Assembly: GCA_905178155.1 (NCBI GenBank)
Contig: CAJINV010000003.1
Span: 9,803,979 to 9,867,978 of the forward strand
From: Amoebophrya sp. A120
Taxonomy: Eukaryota > Protista > Dinoflagellata
Length of the DNA stretch: 64,000 bases
Reading direction: 5' to 3'
Below, one piece after another: positions 62,205 through 64,000 of the stretch. The first letter of the stretch is position 1; the number at the start of each line of letters is the position of its first letter. The position numbers were made by a program, and so were the translations under genes. Below the pieces are notes generated by a model. It saw only the letters and a program-made list of their open reading frames with translations, made no database searches and was not told the DNA's origin.

Positions 62205-62620
62205 CTGCAAGTTCACGGAGCTCGGCCGCGATGCTCTCGGAGCCCTGGGGAAGGGATCGAAAATTCACTGCGCTTTCGATCCTCGGGAAACAAACTGCTA
62301 TCAGTCCGAAGCCCCGTGAGCTTTGGACTCTCCGAAAATCTCGGTCCGGGTCGATATCGTCGAAGACCGAAAGTCCAGCGAACTTTCGAGCCTTGGCAAA
62401 TCTCCCCGATCCGGACTCAAATTTGACGGGGATCGACGGAATGAAGCTCCGTGAACTTTCCATTACCTTTCCACGGGCTGGCCCGAGATAGGAGTCGAAG
62501 GGAAATTCACTGAACTTTCGGCCCTCAGAAAATTCTGATCGTTCGAAAGTTCATGGAACTTTCCACGCCTTTCCCAGGCTTGGTCTGGGAGAGAGGTCGA
62601 AAGTTCCCGGAGCTCTTACC
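62205..62620. repeat. Array of about 8 spaced palindromic motifs GAAAGTTC-N3-GAACTTTC
   Basis: Copies at about 62208, 62258, 62307, 62368, 62443, 62501, 62544 and 62598. Confidence 0.8.
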
Positions 62621-64000
62621 CTTCTCAAAATCGCAATCAGCTGTGGGCTTTCCCGACAGCCTTGCCAGAATCTCACTCCGGATTGCGATGCAGCTCTCGC
62701 CCTCTGTCTATGCATGTTTAGCGCCGTTATCATGCATCTGCGAAACGAAAAGCGTTGCGGTTGTGTGGGCGCCAAGTGGTACAGGGTGTCGCCCTAGCCC
62801 CCCTGGTTTTGCAGTGAAATCAATTTTCCGCCGAGGAGGGGGGACGGCGTTTTCCGGTCCATGGTCCATGGAGAAACAGCAGCCAGCACGCGCCTTCTCC
62901 GGTAGTTTCCCAGCTCCTTCCGAGGCGTTCTGGCCCAAAAGGAGCCCGACCGTCGTTTTTTGTTTTTTTGCGAATCAGAAGGGGACAAAGGGAGAAGCGG
63001 GGGACCAAGTCCCAAAAAGACCCCTCCACCCGCGTCCCAAAAAAAGCCTCATCCATCACTGAGTATGAGTAAGTAGACAAACTGAGAAATAATAGGAGTT
63101 TAAAGACCTACTCTTGCCCATTATCTCTCTCACACTCACACTGCAATGCGCCTCCAGCCTTTGTCTTTACGCTCACGCACTTTGCCCTTCTAAAGCACCT
63201 CCTTCGACAAAAGTAAACCCGAAGGCAACCGACTCTGCACAATTGGATTATCAAAAACACCGAACTTCCTTTAACGTAGCCGAGTGACTACATTCTTGCT
63301 GAATTGACCCGGCAACAACGCCACTCATTTGTAGTTGCGACCAAAAATTTAGAAAAACCCTATCTTCCTCGTGCATGTGTATTTCAAATCTAGAAAGAGG
63401 GTATAAAATTCTCATTCTGCATTCAGAGCTATACCATGCTGATCTGCCGAATGTACTGTAGAGAGACAGCGGATCGCGGAACTGCCGCAGTGCTTTTCGT
63501 GATAGACAAAGCGAAGCCGGGCAGGCTTCGATCAGTGGCATCGAACGCCGTCGGCTGATGTACTCTATGCAACTCGGGGAGGTGGACTCTGGCTATGTGC
63601 CCAAAGGTTTTTTGTCCTCCCTATGATACGCAGTCTGTCATACAATTCGAGTCGCTCGCCCATCACTTTCCACCACGACCGTAGCGTGCACGAAGTAAGT
63701 TCCTTCTGAGACTGTTTGCGCTCGCAACGAAGGTAAATCTCACAAAGTGAAACGCTGAACCTTTCGAGGGCAGCCTGTCAATATATTTATCCACTCACTC
63801 CTTCAATTACGTCTTTATCTATTTATCTATTGCTTTTCACTTGTCATCGCGAAACAAAATTTAGCTCCCGCTGCGTCCGCCTCTTTATTTAATCACAGTC
63901 GGGTCCTCAATCACAGTGGTAAGACATTGGCAAGGGCTGTCCCAAGAAGGACAGCAGCGGCAGATGGTCTCGAACCGCGTCGCTTCATAGACAAAGCGTT

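Noticed and set aside
62205-62620. CRISPR array
   Set aside because: Repeats are short and degenerate, spacer lengths are irregular and partly duplicated, there are no cas genes, and the context is eukaryotic.
1-64000. rRNA, tRNA or snRNA genes
   Set aside because: No recognisable conserved structural-RNA sequence by eye; a covariance-model search was not possible.

Overview
Eukaryotic genomic DNA, not prokaryotic: there are no operons, rRNA/tRNA or CRISPR arrays, and genes are split by introns. The best guess, by inference only, is a dinoflagellate-lineage alveolate such as the syndinian Amoebophrya. This rests on two short introns in the lipase gene that lack GT-AG ends and are instead bounded by inverted plus direct repeats, and on a large coiled-coil protein with SFL/SFVQ-type motifs. 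All recognisable host genes lie on the minus strand: a class 3 lipase, an EDR2-C/DUF1336 protein, a possible polycystin/PKD2-like multi-exon gene, a 908-aa coiled-coil/Cys-rich protein, a TFIIS-like protein lacking the acidic hairpin, and several hypotheticals. Between them are very GC-rich blocks that still carry degenerate motifs of Copia, Gypsy and DIRS-type retroelements, a tyrosine recombinase and a kinase. Where I can read their catalytic Asp positions, they often appear as Gly. This suggests a directional, repeat-targeted A:T->G:C ('reverse-RIP') mutation process. Also present are two copies of a non-autonomous element with conserved ends but different internal palindromic repeat cores, a MITE, and several motif arrays. 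Most short GC-rich ORFs in the supplied track are spurious. All motif assignments were made by eye and need HMM confirmation.
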